From assembly GCF_023055435.1 (NCBI RefSeq), contig NW_025964235.1, positions 1,922,001 to 1,986,000 on the forward strand: a stretch of 64,000 bases of DNA. The letters are read 5' to 3'. Numbering within the stretch: position 1 is the stretch's first letter; every line of letters begins with the position of its first letter. The translations under genes and the position numbers were made by a program. Below the pieces are notes generated by a model. The model did not search any database. It had not been told where the DNA came from and saw nothing but the letters and a program-made list of their open reading frames with translations. Of the stretch, positions 1 through 12,273 are shown one piece after another. The DNA comes from Haliotis rufescens. Its lineage: Eukaryota.

Positions 1-3000
1 TCTACAGTTACTGGTGACGTCTATGTCGGTGTGTCTACACTTACTGGTGACGTCTATGTCGGTGTGTCTACAGTTACTGGTGACGTCTATGTCGGTGTGT
101 CTACACTTACTGGTGACGTCTATGTCGGTGTGTCTACACTTACTGGTGACGTCTATGTCGGTGTGTCTACAGTTACTGGTGACGTCTATGTCGGTGTGTC
201 TACAGTTACTGGAGACGTCTATGTCGGTGTGTCTACACTTACTGGAGACATCTATGTCGGTGTGTCTACACTTACTGGTGACGTCTATGTCGGTGTGTCT
301 ACAGTTACTGGAGACGTCTATGTCGGTGTGTCTACACTTACTGGTGACATCTATGTCGGTGTGTCTACAGTTACTGGTGACGTCTATGTCGGTGTGTCTA
401 CACTTACTGGTGACGTCTATGTCGGTGTGTCTACACTTACTGGTGACGTCTATGTCGGTGTGTCTACACTTACTGGTGACGTCTATGTCGGTGTGTCTAC
501 AGTTACTGGTGACGTCTATGTCGGTGTGTCTACAGTTACTGGTGACGTCTATGTCGGTGTGTCTACAGTTACTGGTGACGTCTATGTCGGTGTGTCTACA
601 CTTACTGGTGACGTCTATGTCGGTGTGTCTACACTTACTGGTGACGTCTATGTCGGTGTGTCTACAGTTACTGGAGACGTCTATGTCGGTGTGTCTACAG
701 TTACTGGAGACGTCTATGTCGGTGTGTCTACACTTACTGGAGACATCTATGTCGGTGTGTCTACACTTACTGGAGACGTCTATGTCGGTGTGTCTACACT
801 TACTGGAGACATCTATGTCGGTGTGTCTACACTTACTGGTGACGTCTATGTCGGTGTGTCTACAGTTACTGGTGACGTCTATGTCGATGTGTCTTCAATT
901 ACTGGAGACATCTATGTCGGTGTGTCTACACTTACTGGTAACGTCTATGTCGGTGTGTCTACACTTACTGGTGACGTCTATGTCGGTGTGTCTACACTTA
1001 CTGGTGACGTCTATGTCGGTGTGTCTACAGTTACTGGTGACGTCTATGTCGGTGTGTCTACACTTACTGGTGACGTCTATGTCGGTGTGTCTACAGTTAC
1101 TGGTGACGTCTATGTCGGTGTGTCTACAGTTACTGGAGACGTCTATGTCGGTGTGTCTACACTTACTGGAGACATCTATGTCGGTGTGTCTACACTTACT
1201 GGTGACATCTATGTCGGTGTGTCTACACTTACTGGTGACATCTATGTCGGTGTGTCTACACTTACTGGTGACGTCTATGTCGGTGTGTCTACAGTTACTG
1301 GTGACGTCTATGTCGGTGTGTCTACAGTTACTGGTGACATCTATGTCGGTGTGTCTACAGTTACTGGAGACGTCTATGTCGGTGTGTCTACAGTTACTGG
1401 TGACGTCTATGTCGGTGTGTCTACACTTACTGGTGACATCTATGTCGGTGTGTCTACAGTTACTGGTGACGTCTATGTTGGTGTGTCTACAGTTACTGGT
1501 GACGTCTATGTCGGTGTGTCTACAGTTACTGGTGACGTCTATGTCGGTGTGTCTACACTTACTGGTGACATCTATGTCGGTGTGTCTACAGTTACTGGTG
1601 ACATCTATGTCGGTGTGTCTACACTTACTGGTGACGTCTATGTCGGTGTGTCTACACTTACTGGTGACGTCTATGTCGGTGTGTCTACACTTACTGGTGA
1701 CGTCTATGTCGGTGTGTCTACACTTACTGGTGACATCTATGTCGGTGTGTCTACAGTTACTGGTGACGTCTATGTCGGTGTGTCTACAGTTACTGGTGAC
1801 ATCTATGTCGGTGTGTCTACAGTTACTGGAGACGTCTATGTCGGTGTGTCTACACTTACTGGTGACGTCTATGTCGGTGTGTCTACACTTACTGGTGGCA
1901 TCTATGTCGGTGTGTCTACAGTTACTGGTGACGTCTATGTTGGTGTGTCTACAGTTACTGGTGACGTCTATGTCGGTGTGTCTACAGTTACTGGTGACGT
2001 CTATGTCGGTGTGTCTACACTTACTGGTGACATCTATGTCGGTGTGTCTACAGTTACTGGAGACGTCTATGTCGGTGTGTCTACACTTACTGGTGACGTC
2101 TATGTCGGTGTGTCTACAGTTACTGGTGACGTCTATGTCGGTGTGTCTACACTTACTGGTGACGTCTATGTCGGTGTGTCTACACTTACTGGTGACGTCT
2201 ATGTCGGTGTGTCTACACTTACTTGTGACATCTATGTCGGTGTGTCTACAGTTACTGGAGACGTCTATGTCGGTGTGTCTACACTTACTGGTGACGTCTA
2301 TGTCGGTGTGTCTACACTTACTGGAGACGTCTATGTCGGTGTGTCTACACTTACTGGTGACATCTATGTCGGTGTGTCTACAGTTACTGGAGACGTCTAT
2401 GTCGGTGTGTCTACAGTTACTGGAGACGTCTATGTCGGTGTGTCTACACTTACTGGTGACATCTATGTCGGTGTGTCTACAGTTACTGGAGACGTCTATG
2501 TCGGTGTGTCTACAGTTACTGGTGACGTCTATGTCGGTGTGTCTACACTTACTGGTGACGTCTATGTCGGTGTGTCTACACTTACTGGAGACGTCTATGT
2601 CGGTGTGTCTACACTTACTGGTGACATCTATGTCGGTGTGTCTACAGTTACTGGAGACGTCTATGTCGGTGTGTCTACAGTTACTGGAGACGTCTATGTC
2701 GGTGTGTCTACACTTACTGGTGACGTCTATGTCGGTGTGTCTACAGTTACTGGTGACATCTATGTCGGTGTGTCTACACTTACTGGTGACGTCTATGTCG
2801 GTGTGTCTACACTTACTGGAGACGTCTATGTCGGTGTGTCTACAGTTACTGGAGACGTCTATGTCGGTGTGTCTACACTTACTGGTGACGTCTATGTCGG
2901 TGTGTCTACAGTTACTGGTGACGTCTATGTCGGTGTGTCTACACTTACTGGTGACGTCTATGTCGGTGTGTCTACAGTTACTGGAGACGTCTATGTCGGT

Positions 3001-3125
3001 GTGTCTACACTTACTGGTGACGTCTATGTCGGTGTGTCTACAGTTACTGGTGACATCTATGTCGGTGTGTCTACACTTACTGGTGACGTCTATGTCGGTG
3101 TGTCTACACTTACTGGAGACATATA
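1..3125. repeat. 30-bp minisatellite (~104 copies), truncated by window start
   Basis: Unit GTGTCTACA(C/G)TTACTGG(T/A)GAC(G/A)TCTATGTCGGT repeated head-to-tail; explains the three long 10-aa-periodic ORFs. Confidence 0.98.
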
Positions 3126-4078
3126 TGCCTTTACACACATGGCGTTCTTCTGCTAAAGCTTTAAGTAGTTAATCTGTATGGAGAAGGATTATTCATCTAT
3201 TAATTTGATTCCCTGGCCCCATGGCCTGAGATGTTAGACTGGTTTAGTTAGTCGGACATTCCTACATCGATCGTGGGGAGTTCCAGGACACAACCCGGCC
3301 TTTGTTCAATGACTTCTCTCTGCGTCAACCTGACCGAGGCCGTTCTAGGAAAGGAAGCGAATGGGCCCCATTACCCCACCCCTCCTCTCACCCCTCCGAC
3401 CAGACAGCCGGACCCGTTGTATTTCAGTCCGACTTATATCATTGGGCGCAGTGTTGCTTTATATTGCTAACACAACAAACAAAGTAATATAAACTGTATT
3501 TCCGTTGTCTGAATCTACATGACATTATCTGGAAAATTATTTGAATTTATTCATTTCAGAATTTTCGAACTCTGGACGTCCTTCTTTCCAAAACACCTGC
3601 AAATATTATTCTGTAATTTATTTATTTGATATCGTGTCTCGCCACTTATCGGTCCAGCAAATGTCAGGCTCGCCCTTGTGGGGTCGCAATACTACGTAGT
3701 CATAGATATAAAAGGCGTAATTAAATCATTGTCAACGTGTGATTCCATCTGCACAGACCCAATACTGAAGCAGACGGACGTTCATCTGACGAGGTTGGAG
3801 CGCGTATGTATTGTCCACATAATCCTATTTGTCGAACATTCAACAACTTTGCCATGATTCTTCAATGATTATGTGTGCGCGTGTGACAATATGGCCGCCT
3901 ACACGTGTGTCCAGCTCTGTTCCCATGGCGTCCTTTCGGTGACAAAAGAGTTCTGTGAATGTGGTCAGTTGCTGGTTGGTGCCCATAACAGTCCACTCAA
4001 AGTCATCACAGTAAAATCAAAGGAAAAATTAGAAAATCGTCAATTTGTTTTAAGCCAGTGATGAGTAACCAAACATGT

Positions 4079-4212
4079 TATACTACCAAACGAAAGTTAA
4101 GGACCAACCGATTCCTTTATGTAACTATAGTGACTCTGTCGTGGCATGATGGGCTAACTCGATGGTATTATGAGGGACACGGATGGTCCTTAACTTTGTT
4201 TTCAATAGTATA
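4079..4212. mobile_element. Small MITE-like inverted-repeat element
   Basis: TATACTA...AAAGTTAAGGACCA at left pairs with TGGTCCTTAACTTT...TAGTATA at right. Confidence 0.55.
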
Positions 4213-4302
4213 TTATGTGGACTCATAAAAATTATGTATTTTTTTAATTCTTAGTTTGAAAGATCAAAGGAATCCACTGTCAAGCTGTTGCATCTCCCAG
4301 CC

Positions 4303-4642
4303 AGACCCCCTTCCCTGACCCCCTCCCCCGACCCCCTTCCCCGACCCCCTTCCCTGACCCCCTTCCCTCCCCTGACCCCCTCCCCTGACCCCCTTCCCTT
4401 CCCTGACCCCCTTCCCTGACCCCCTTCCCCGACCCCCTTCCCCGACCCCCTTCCCCGACCCCCTCCCCCGACCCCCTTCCCTCCCCTGACCCCCTTCCCC
4501 GACCCCTCCCCTGACCCCCTCCCCCGACCCCCTTCCCCGACCCCCTCCCCCGACCCCCTTCCCCGACCCCCTCCCCCGACCCCCTTCCCCGACCCCGACC
4601 CCCTTCCCCGACCCCCTTCCCCGACCCCCTTCCCTGACCCCT
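4303..4642. repeat. C-rich ~13-bp minisatellite (G-rich on minus strand)
   Basis: Unit approximately GACCCCCTTCCCC / CTGACCCCCTCCC. Confidence 0.95.
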
Positions 4643-4778
4643 GCGTTTGACCAGCTGTGCCCGGTGATGATCGAGCGCCGCATATGACCCCTGTCCGCTG
4701 GCAGCCGTGAGATATGACCGACGGTCATTCCTGCCTGTCTCATAATGTTCAATGTTACTCGCCACCACTCGGTCAGTT

Positions 4779-5095
4779 AGGTCACGCTGACCCAAGCATC
4801 AGAGCGGAGCTATCTCTATTAGCACCCTTGTGATCGTCTTATTCTAACTGGACAATTATTTGGCGGGTTAGTATCTCTTGGTGTTACGCAATCCTCATCT
4901 TAGAGTTAGCCGGACACAGAGATGGCCATTGGATTACCACAGTGAGAGAGAGAGAGAGAGAGCTATTAATAGCGACTGGCCAGTACTACGTCACGGCAGC
5001 TCTTTATGCAGCCATTGTGCAAGCGGGTCACTCCGAGTTCACGCATTCGCAAACACTGTATAAGCATTGGTCACTGACAGCGCGTCAGTTTGGCT
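4779..5095 (+). promoter_or_regulatory. Core and proximal promoter of the bZIP gene
   Basis: TATAAG 5059-5064 and initiator TCAGTT 5085-5090 (TATA at -28); GTTACGCAAT 4883-4892; (GA)n ~4943-4962; AGGTCAcgcTGACCC 4779-4793. Confidence 0.65.
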
Positions 5096-5231
5096 GACCA
5101 GTGTTGGAGTGGAGAGATCCGGGACAGCGTCCGTCTGCCGCTACAGCTTGGATACTGTTAGATTGTGTTCTACCTGGATAGCTACCCCTTTCCCCTTGCA
5201 CTCGGATACCTCGGCACCGCACACATTAATA
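5087..5231 (+). other. Probable non-coding exon 1 of the bZIP gene (intron 5232-6780)
   Basis: Starts at initiator, ends at GTAAGT (5232); acceptor TTTGTTTCTTTATTATTTCAG ends at 6780, 10 nt before the ATG. Confidence 0.55.
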
Positions 5232-6790
5232 GTAAGTATTAGAACGGCAGCATAGGTCAGCGTGACATGGCACTGGACACGACTGTACTTGACCAATGTG
5301 GAATCCGGTCCCCAGTGGTCAGTATCCAGACAGTGCGAGCTTTGGTAGTGGAGATCACTGTGTGGTAAGCGGAGTCGTGGACGCAGCCCCGGAACTGTAC
5401 GTGCCACACCTACCTGATCCAACACCACCCTCAGAGCAGTTCTGGAAGGTAACATGTGAATGCGTGTCTCTGTTGGAGCTTACCGTTTACCAGGCAAGGC
5501 CGCACTGGAGCCTATATGGAGCCTATATGGAGCCGATATGGAGCCGTAATGCATCATCGATCAACACAGTAACGTGGACGTGCGATTCAAATGCAGAAAT
5601 AGTCATGGGACTTATGTTTTGCTAGACATTCATGTGTTTCGCTAGACGTTCGTGTGTTTCCTAGACATTCATGTGTTTCCCATCGGCCACATATTATGCA
5701 ATATATTCTTCCGCCTGTTACACAATCCCGGAATCTATGTTGATGTTTCTGTTCTTATTTAAACATATATATCTAGAGTCTCTATGCTCTTTACAAAGTT
5801 ACTTTACTGTGTCATTTATAAACCACAATTGTTATGTATTTCGTATATTTATTCGTGGTTTATAACACCCGCCTGTAATCGTCCCGATCTGTTTAAGTAC
5901 ACTATTAATTTTTTAAATGATTTAAGATATGACTAGAAGGATGCGTTAATTGAGATTCTCTAAGACATTCAGAACTGATCTATTGAGTAATGGGTAACCA
6001 AGCTGATCCTCACAGCCCTGTCTTGTTGACCTATCTCCCAACTGTGGAGTCTAGCATAGAACCGTTATGTCGCCTCCTTGCGCTCCCCCCACCCTTGACG
6101 GACAATCGTAACCCTCTACACCATGTATATTACAGTTTGTTTATTCAATTTCTTAATTTATCATTTTGGTGAAACTTTCCGCAACTCTTACCGAAGTCTT
6201 TAGTCGGGAGGTAAGATAGCAGAGCAATATACCACGTCTCAACAAAGAAAGGTTTGTTATAAATTATAAGAATAATTGTGGAAATTAAAATTTCGAGGCT
6301 ACCAATATATTTCTTCATTGCTGGCCTGTGTTCTAGGTTTATCTTTAAGTGGCATTAAGCTGTATTATTAATCAAGAGAGTTAACATGGATACACCTTTT
6401 GACGTTCATGTTGATCACACCGACTGAAGCCCCCAGCTCAGCTAATTCTTCTTTAATGTAATGACCAGACTTGACCGCTCTTCAGCCAATGACTAGAAAA
6501 ACATCCTGACCACCACTACGTCACACGCACCGAAATGTCGCATTGAAAGAATTTAGAAGTGGAAACATGTGACTGTTTTCGAGGTAGTTAAATGATAAGA
6601 ACATATAGTACTCAAATTAAGTTACAGAGCACCCGATTCTTTCATATGACTATGGTTAATTTGCCTTGGTAGGAATGATTATGCATGTGTATGCGTGTAT
6701 CTGATGGTGTTAACACTTTATGTGATTATGTTAACGTTTATATCTGATGATGTTAACGCTTTGTTTCTTTATTATTTCAGTACATGAGCC

Positions 6791-7579
6791 ATGGCCGACA
6801 CAGCCCTCGACCTGAGCAAACCGTCCCTGCCTCCACCCACAGAGCGCGTGGCCCCCCTCCCCCCCTCCCTGCCGTCCCTGCCCCCCGACATCAGCAGCGA
6901 CTCCGGCCGGGCGTCTACGTCTTCCACCAGCTCCAATGACGAGCTACGCCAACATCTTCCCGACCCCGAGCCCAAGGGCCGGGAAAGTCCCGTTGATGTG
7001 AAACCCCCGCTGATGTCCCCGTCTCCGTCGGTGGACAGCGCCAGTATGTCTGAGGACGACGACCTTGACAAGTCAGACAGAGTTGCTCCAATCCGGCCAT
7101 TCAAGATGTACCCGATGGACGCCTACTCCATGTCGGGTAGCCCCATGGCTGGGATGTCGGGGATGGGAGGCCTCAGCCCAACTACCGCCGCCGCTGCCGC
7201 TGCCGCCGCCGGTCTCAGCCCCTCCCTCGGTGTGCCGTCCATGATGGACCCGTCATCTGTGTCGCCCTTTGCTATGACGCCGATGACGTCACACTTGCTA
7301 CAACGGAAACGAAGGGCAGAGAACCGCATACAGATTCTGGAAGATGCAAAGAAAACAATACCGGTACCGGAAGAGCGAAAGGATGATGCATACTGGGAGC
7401 GGCGGCGGAAGAACAACGAGGCTGCCAAGCGGTCACGTGATGCACGGCGGATGAAGGAGGAAGAAATTGCAATGAGAGCTGCCTACCTCGAACAGGAAAA
7501 TCTCAAACTCAGGGCGCAGGTTGCCATCTTAAAGAACGAGACAGCAAAACTGCACTATATGTTATACAACAGAATGTGA
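6791..7579 (+). CDS. gt: PAR-type bZIP transcription factor, giant-like (CES-2/TEF-related), 262 aa
   Basis: C-terminal bZIP KDDAYWERRRKNNEAAKRSRDARRMKEEEIAMRAAYLEQENLKLRAQVAILKNE; ALDLS and RPFKMY motifs as in arthropod Giant (VLDLS, RPFKAY); Kozak GCCATGG; AATAAA at ~8345. Family assignment is secure; giant orthology is inferred. Confidence 0.9.
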   Translation: MADTALDLSKPSLPPPTERVAPLPPSLPSLPPDISSDSGRASTSSTSSNDELRQHLPDPEPKGRESPVDVKPPLMSPSPSVDSASMSEDDDLDKSDRVAPIRPFKMYPMDAYSMSGSPMAGMSGMGGLSPTTAAAAAAAAGLSPSLGVPSMMDPSSVSPFAMTPMTSHLLQRKRRAENRIQILEDAKKTIPVPEERKDDAYWERRRKNNEAAKRSRDARRMKEEEIAMRAAYLEQENLKLRAQVAILKNETAKLHYMLYNRM

Positions 7580-8703
7580 TGCGGGAAACTAAGGACTTCC
7601 GCTATCTCAGGGAAACAAACTGTCACGCCCCGCGCCAAGCACGATAGTGATGCCCATGGGCCACGCCCTGCACGTGAAAGAGACACGCAAAGGCAGGGGG
7701 CGGAGACACCACCGAGTGAGTGAGTGAGTGAACGCGTCCAGCGCGGATGTGTGCCGGTGACTAGAACACGAATCTCAAGTCACGTGACACAGTGCACGTG
7801 CATATGTGTGTATATTTTTGTACAGACTCATGTTTCTAGATCAGCGACTCAGGTTGTGGCGGTGCTGTCTGGCGGTGGAGAGGCCGCCGTGCCGGCTGCT
7901 GTGACTAAACACTACTACCTCATGGATAAGCTTGAAGCCCCTCTCTCGAGGCATTCTGTTATGTTTCGTATTCTTTCTAGCTAGGTACAAACTGTTTTTA
8001 CTTGGAAAATGTGATGAAGATTATATTTACATGAGTGTAAGTGCTATCATTAGATGATACTGTCGACGATGACGTCCCAGAGCGGACGTAGATATGGTTG
8101 TCGCAGGAGCGAGTTCTATCTATACAGCGTGTAAGTGCTATCATAGGCCCGGCAGACATAGTAGCTAGACTAGAAGCCCAGATGTTTCTCTCTTATATAT
8201 CATTATTACTATTTTTATTGCTATTATTATTATTTGGATTATATATTGTCGCTGCTTCTCCCTCCATCAGCCTGTGCATTACTTGGTGCAGCTGCACTGT
8301 GAGCTGACCAAGGCAGAGTATTTTGTCATCTACACATTTGTATGAATAAACAATACAGAAAGACCCACCTGTTCCTTTGTGTTTACCTACAGTCCGGAGA
8401 TAAACATTTTCTTTTCAGATTTGCGGGTTTTTTTATTATTCGATACCCGGGCATATTTTGCTGAACCGGATATTTCCAATGTTAAAATTTCAATAACACT
8501 GCGTAACTGAACACACAATGGACGATACTGTAAAATAACAATGCTTTTTAGTCAATCGGATTCCGGTACACACATTGGTTGTAAGTCTGGGTTTATGCCA
8601 TGTGCACCCAAGAGACAGTGGCTGCGTTAACAGGTGTACATGCAGCTGTAGAGCGATCTTACTCTGTGACCGCGGGTACAGCAGAAGTGACTGCGAGGTA
8701 GAT

Positions 8704-8727
8704 GCACGCACGCACACACGCATCCAG

Positions 8728-8759
<32 letters not shown>

Positions 8760-8787
8760 GCACGCACGCACGCACACAAACACACAC
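8704..8787. repeat. (CA)n/(CACG)n microsatellite
   Basis: Direct reading. Confidence 0.95.
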
Positions 8788-8833
8788 GAAGCGTTAAGAA
8801 CGTTTGGCGCAAGTGGACCTTCACTGGAGTGGC

Positions 8834-9201
8834 TAAAGGACCGACCATTGGAACTTTGGGTGGTGGGTGCTGGGATAGTGTATCGAGATAGGATATTTAT
8901 TTCAGCTACAGCTACAAAACCAGATATGTTTTATTTAAAGCTTGATTTATTTTAAAAAATAAACACAATGTACTTTTTGTGTCAGGAAATTTCTTTTTTT
9001 TCAACGGTACGAAGCATAATTATTTATTGCAAGAATATAATCCCAGCCTACCTCCCCCCCGACCCCCGAATATCAAATGGTCGGTCTCTAACGTCACATC
9101 TCCACCCCCGACCCCCGAATATCAAATGGTCGGTCCCTAACGTCACATCTCCACCCCCGACCCCCGAATATCAAATGGTCGGTCCCTAACGTCACATCTC
9201 C
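8834..9201. mobile_element. Non-autonomous DNA element with tandemly triplicated right end
   Basis: Left TAAAGGACCGACCATTGGA; right TCAAATGGTCGGTC(C/T)CTAA present three times with ~50-bp period (9055-9201). Confidence 0.55.
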
Positions 9202-9481
9202 GCACCCTGGGTCGTGCTTCCTGAGCGCAACAGTAAGGATACTTTTACCATTCTCTTCAGCTGAAGACTTTATCTCCTACAAGTATCGTTCCCAAACTCA
9301 GTAATTTAAACTAAGAGTAAGACCCACATGTCCCATGGCGGATCTACATGTGTCGTCTGCCACAACTAACTTCAAAGGCTGGTTTTAAGTCAATGGTTGG
9401 CTGTACCCTCGATACTGTCCTGAGTCTAACTTCCACAGGTACGCGTTGAACTTGTTATCGGTTGATTCACTTATTTCTTAT

Positions 9482-9566
9482 GGAAGAGAATTTATTGATG
9501 TCAACTTCTTTATTATGAGGAACACAACGTTTTGGAGTATATGCTTACTCCTTCATCGAGTGAAGG
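9482..9566 (-). mobile_element. Penelope-like pseudo-LTR end with degenerate minimal hammerhead motif
   Basis: Minus strand CTCGATGAA-GGAGTA-agcata-TACTCC-AAAACGTTG...AATAAAGAAGTTG...AATAAA; tail resembles the pLTR at 44285-44417. Confidence 0.55.
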
Positions 9567-10737
9567 AACAGTGAGTGTAAATGAGAAACGTTAGCAATTA
9601 TCAACTGAAATAATGATTCATAGTTCCATGACTGTAAGTGTGAACGTCGGGGTTGCCAGCGTCGCCAGGCAATAGGTTGCCATGCACTGATTCGGCACTG
9701 TCTGTGACAAACATCGCCGTGGGGGTAAGTGACAGCTCAGAGTTCCATGTGTATCTTAATTGTTGGATCACCACACGTGTTAACTGACTTAGTGAAGTAC
9801 ACCACAGTCATGCGCACTGATGACTTTCAATTACATCACTACCACGGGATGATTGAGGACCGCGTGACCTGAACGTTTCTCTTGGGTGTAAACAAACGCG
9901 CTTATTATGAAATCAGAGCAGCCCGGCCTAACGGAAGCCTTCCAGGGCGGTTTATAGATTGTTTTGCGTAAATATTAAAATATCCCCACTGTGACAGTGA
10001 AGAGTGTGACAACATATCTTTACACATCGTGATCCGTAGGGTTTCGGTGCCGTACAACCATTGTAAACAAAGGATAAATGCGCACAAGGAAATAGTTTTT
10101 CACATTTTAGGATATTTCATCAAGAGCGTAAACGATTTCATGACATATGTACATCTATATGTGGCTACGAGGCTACTGACCGCAAGGACCACAGTGTTGG
10201 GGCGTGAGTGTGACGTCATCCCAGTCTGTCCTGTGATATGTGAAGACAAGCATAAGTGTGACGTCACAACAGTCTGCCCTGTGCGATAAAATGAGACGCG
10301 TGTAACGTCATATACAGATTGTCCTAAGATAGATGCAGATACCAAAGTCTATATTCCTCATATTCAATCCTTTACTTCATCCTGTCTTTGAAGTATTTTC
10401 ACAATACATCTTCAACACCAAGAATCAACACGATAACCACGAGCACACTAATTCACGTAAACAAGACTGAGTTATATGAAAGTTCACATGCGCCGTGCCA
10501 GGCGTGTTGAAGAATGTCTGACCTCACTGTGACCACGCAAGGTCCAAACATCCTCCACATTTAAACCGCCCGCTAGCAGCAAGACAGGAGATACTCCACT
10601 GGCAACAGGCGTGACGTCACTGTGTATGTTGCACCCCTGTAGCTCACCTGGCCACGTCTGTTTGTGCTATCCCTGAAGCTCACCTTAAACGTGTGTTTGT
10701 TTCATGGCTATAGACTTCACACGTTTCTCCGTATATA

Positions 10738-11605
10738 CCAAATAGGAGACCTACACCAATAGGGAACCTACACCAATCGGGAACCTACACCAATAGGGAA
10801 CCTACACCAATAGGGGACCTAGGCCAATAGGGGACATACACCAATAGGGGACCTAGGCCAATAGGGGACATACACCAATAGGGGACCTACGCCAATAGGG
10901 GACCTACACCGATAGGAGACCTACACCAAAGTGGACCTACACCAAAGTGGACCTACGCCAATAGGGGACCTACACCAATAGGGGACCTACGCCAATAGGG
11001 GACCTACACCAATAGGGGACCTACACCAATAGGGGACCTAGGCCAATAGGGGACCTACGCCAATAGGGGACCTACACCAATAGGGGACCTACACCAATAG
11101 GGGACCTAGGCCAATAGGGGACCTACACCAATAGGGGACCTAGGCCAATAGGGGACATACACCAATAGGGGACCTAGGCCAATAGGGGACCTACACCGAT
11201 AGGGGACCTACGCCAATAGGGGACCTAGGCCAATAGGGGACATACACCAATAGGGGACCTACACCAATAGGGGACCTACACCAATAGGGGACCTAGGCCA
11301 ATAGGGGACCTACGCCAATAGGGGACCTACACCAATAGGGGACCTAGGCCAATAGGGGACCTACACCAATAGGGGACCTACACCAATAGGGGACCTAGGC
11401 CAATAGGGGACATACACCAATAGGGGACCTAGGCCAATAGGGGACATACACCGATAGGGGACCTACACAGATAGGAGACCTACACCAATAGTGGACCTAC
11501 ATCAATAGGGGACCTACACCAATAGGGAACCTACGCCAATAGGGGACCTACGCCGATAGGGGACCTACACCGATAGGGGACATACACCGATAGGGGACCT
11601 ACACC
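10738..11605. repeat. 17-bp minisatellite (~50 copies)
   Basis: Unit GACCTACACCAATAGGG with GGCC/CGCC variants. Confidence 0.97.
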
Positions 11606-12231
11606 GCATTATACCACATGGGTAGGATGACGTCATAGAGAACAGTCAAAATATCACCTCTGTCGACAGGTCACCTTACTGCCCATCATGCTGTGAAAGA
11701 TTCGAACATTGATATCGATTTCCATGCACAGAGATGACGACTACTTTTACAGTTCTGTTTATTCCAGTAAAATCTTGTTTGAAAAAAAGCAATTATTCAG
11801 AAACATGTTCACAAGTATTATGGGAGCCACCCCACCTTGCACATGTTTCACGTTCTCCATCGAGAACATGGCGTGTGTGTGGAAACGGGGAACAGTCAGT
11901 GTCAAACTCATCATACTTAGAAATACAACGCAATGGCAGCATTGGCACACATGTAGAACTAATGGACCAATCCTCCTGTTGACGTCCCTAGTAACCATAT
12001 GACATCACAAGCGGTAGTTTATCACGGCAGTAGGCTGACGTCATGGAAGGTCTAACCGAAGCAGTGCAGAGTTGAGGAAATAATACAATCAGTCCTGTCA
12101 CGTCCTTGTGATTGAACACCTTTGAAACTCGATGACAAAAGACGAAATTCAGACAAAGAGATGGGTCCAATGGATAAGCGTTTTAAAGTGAGTTTGAACT
12201 CACTTCTTTTGCTGAAGAGATGCAAATGGTT

Positions 12232-12273
12232 AGAAGAAGAAGAAGAAGAAGAAGAAGAAGAAGAAGAAGAAGA
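12232..12273. repeat. (GAA)n microsatellite
   Basis: Direct reading. Confidence 0.97.

Noticed and set aside
4264-4795. RGG-rich ORFs
   Set aside because: Translation of the C-rich minisatellite.
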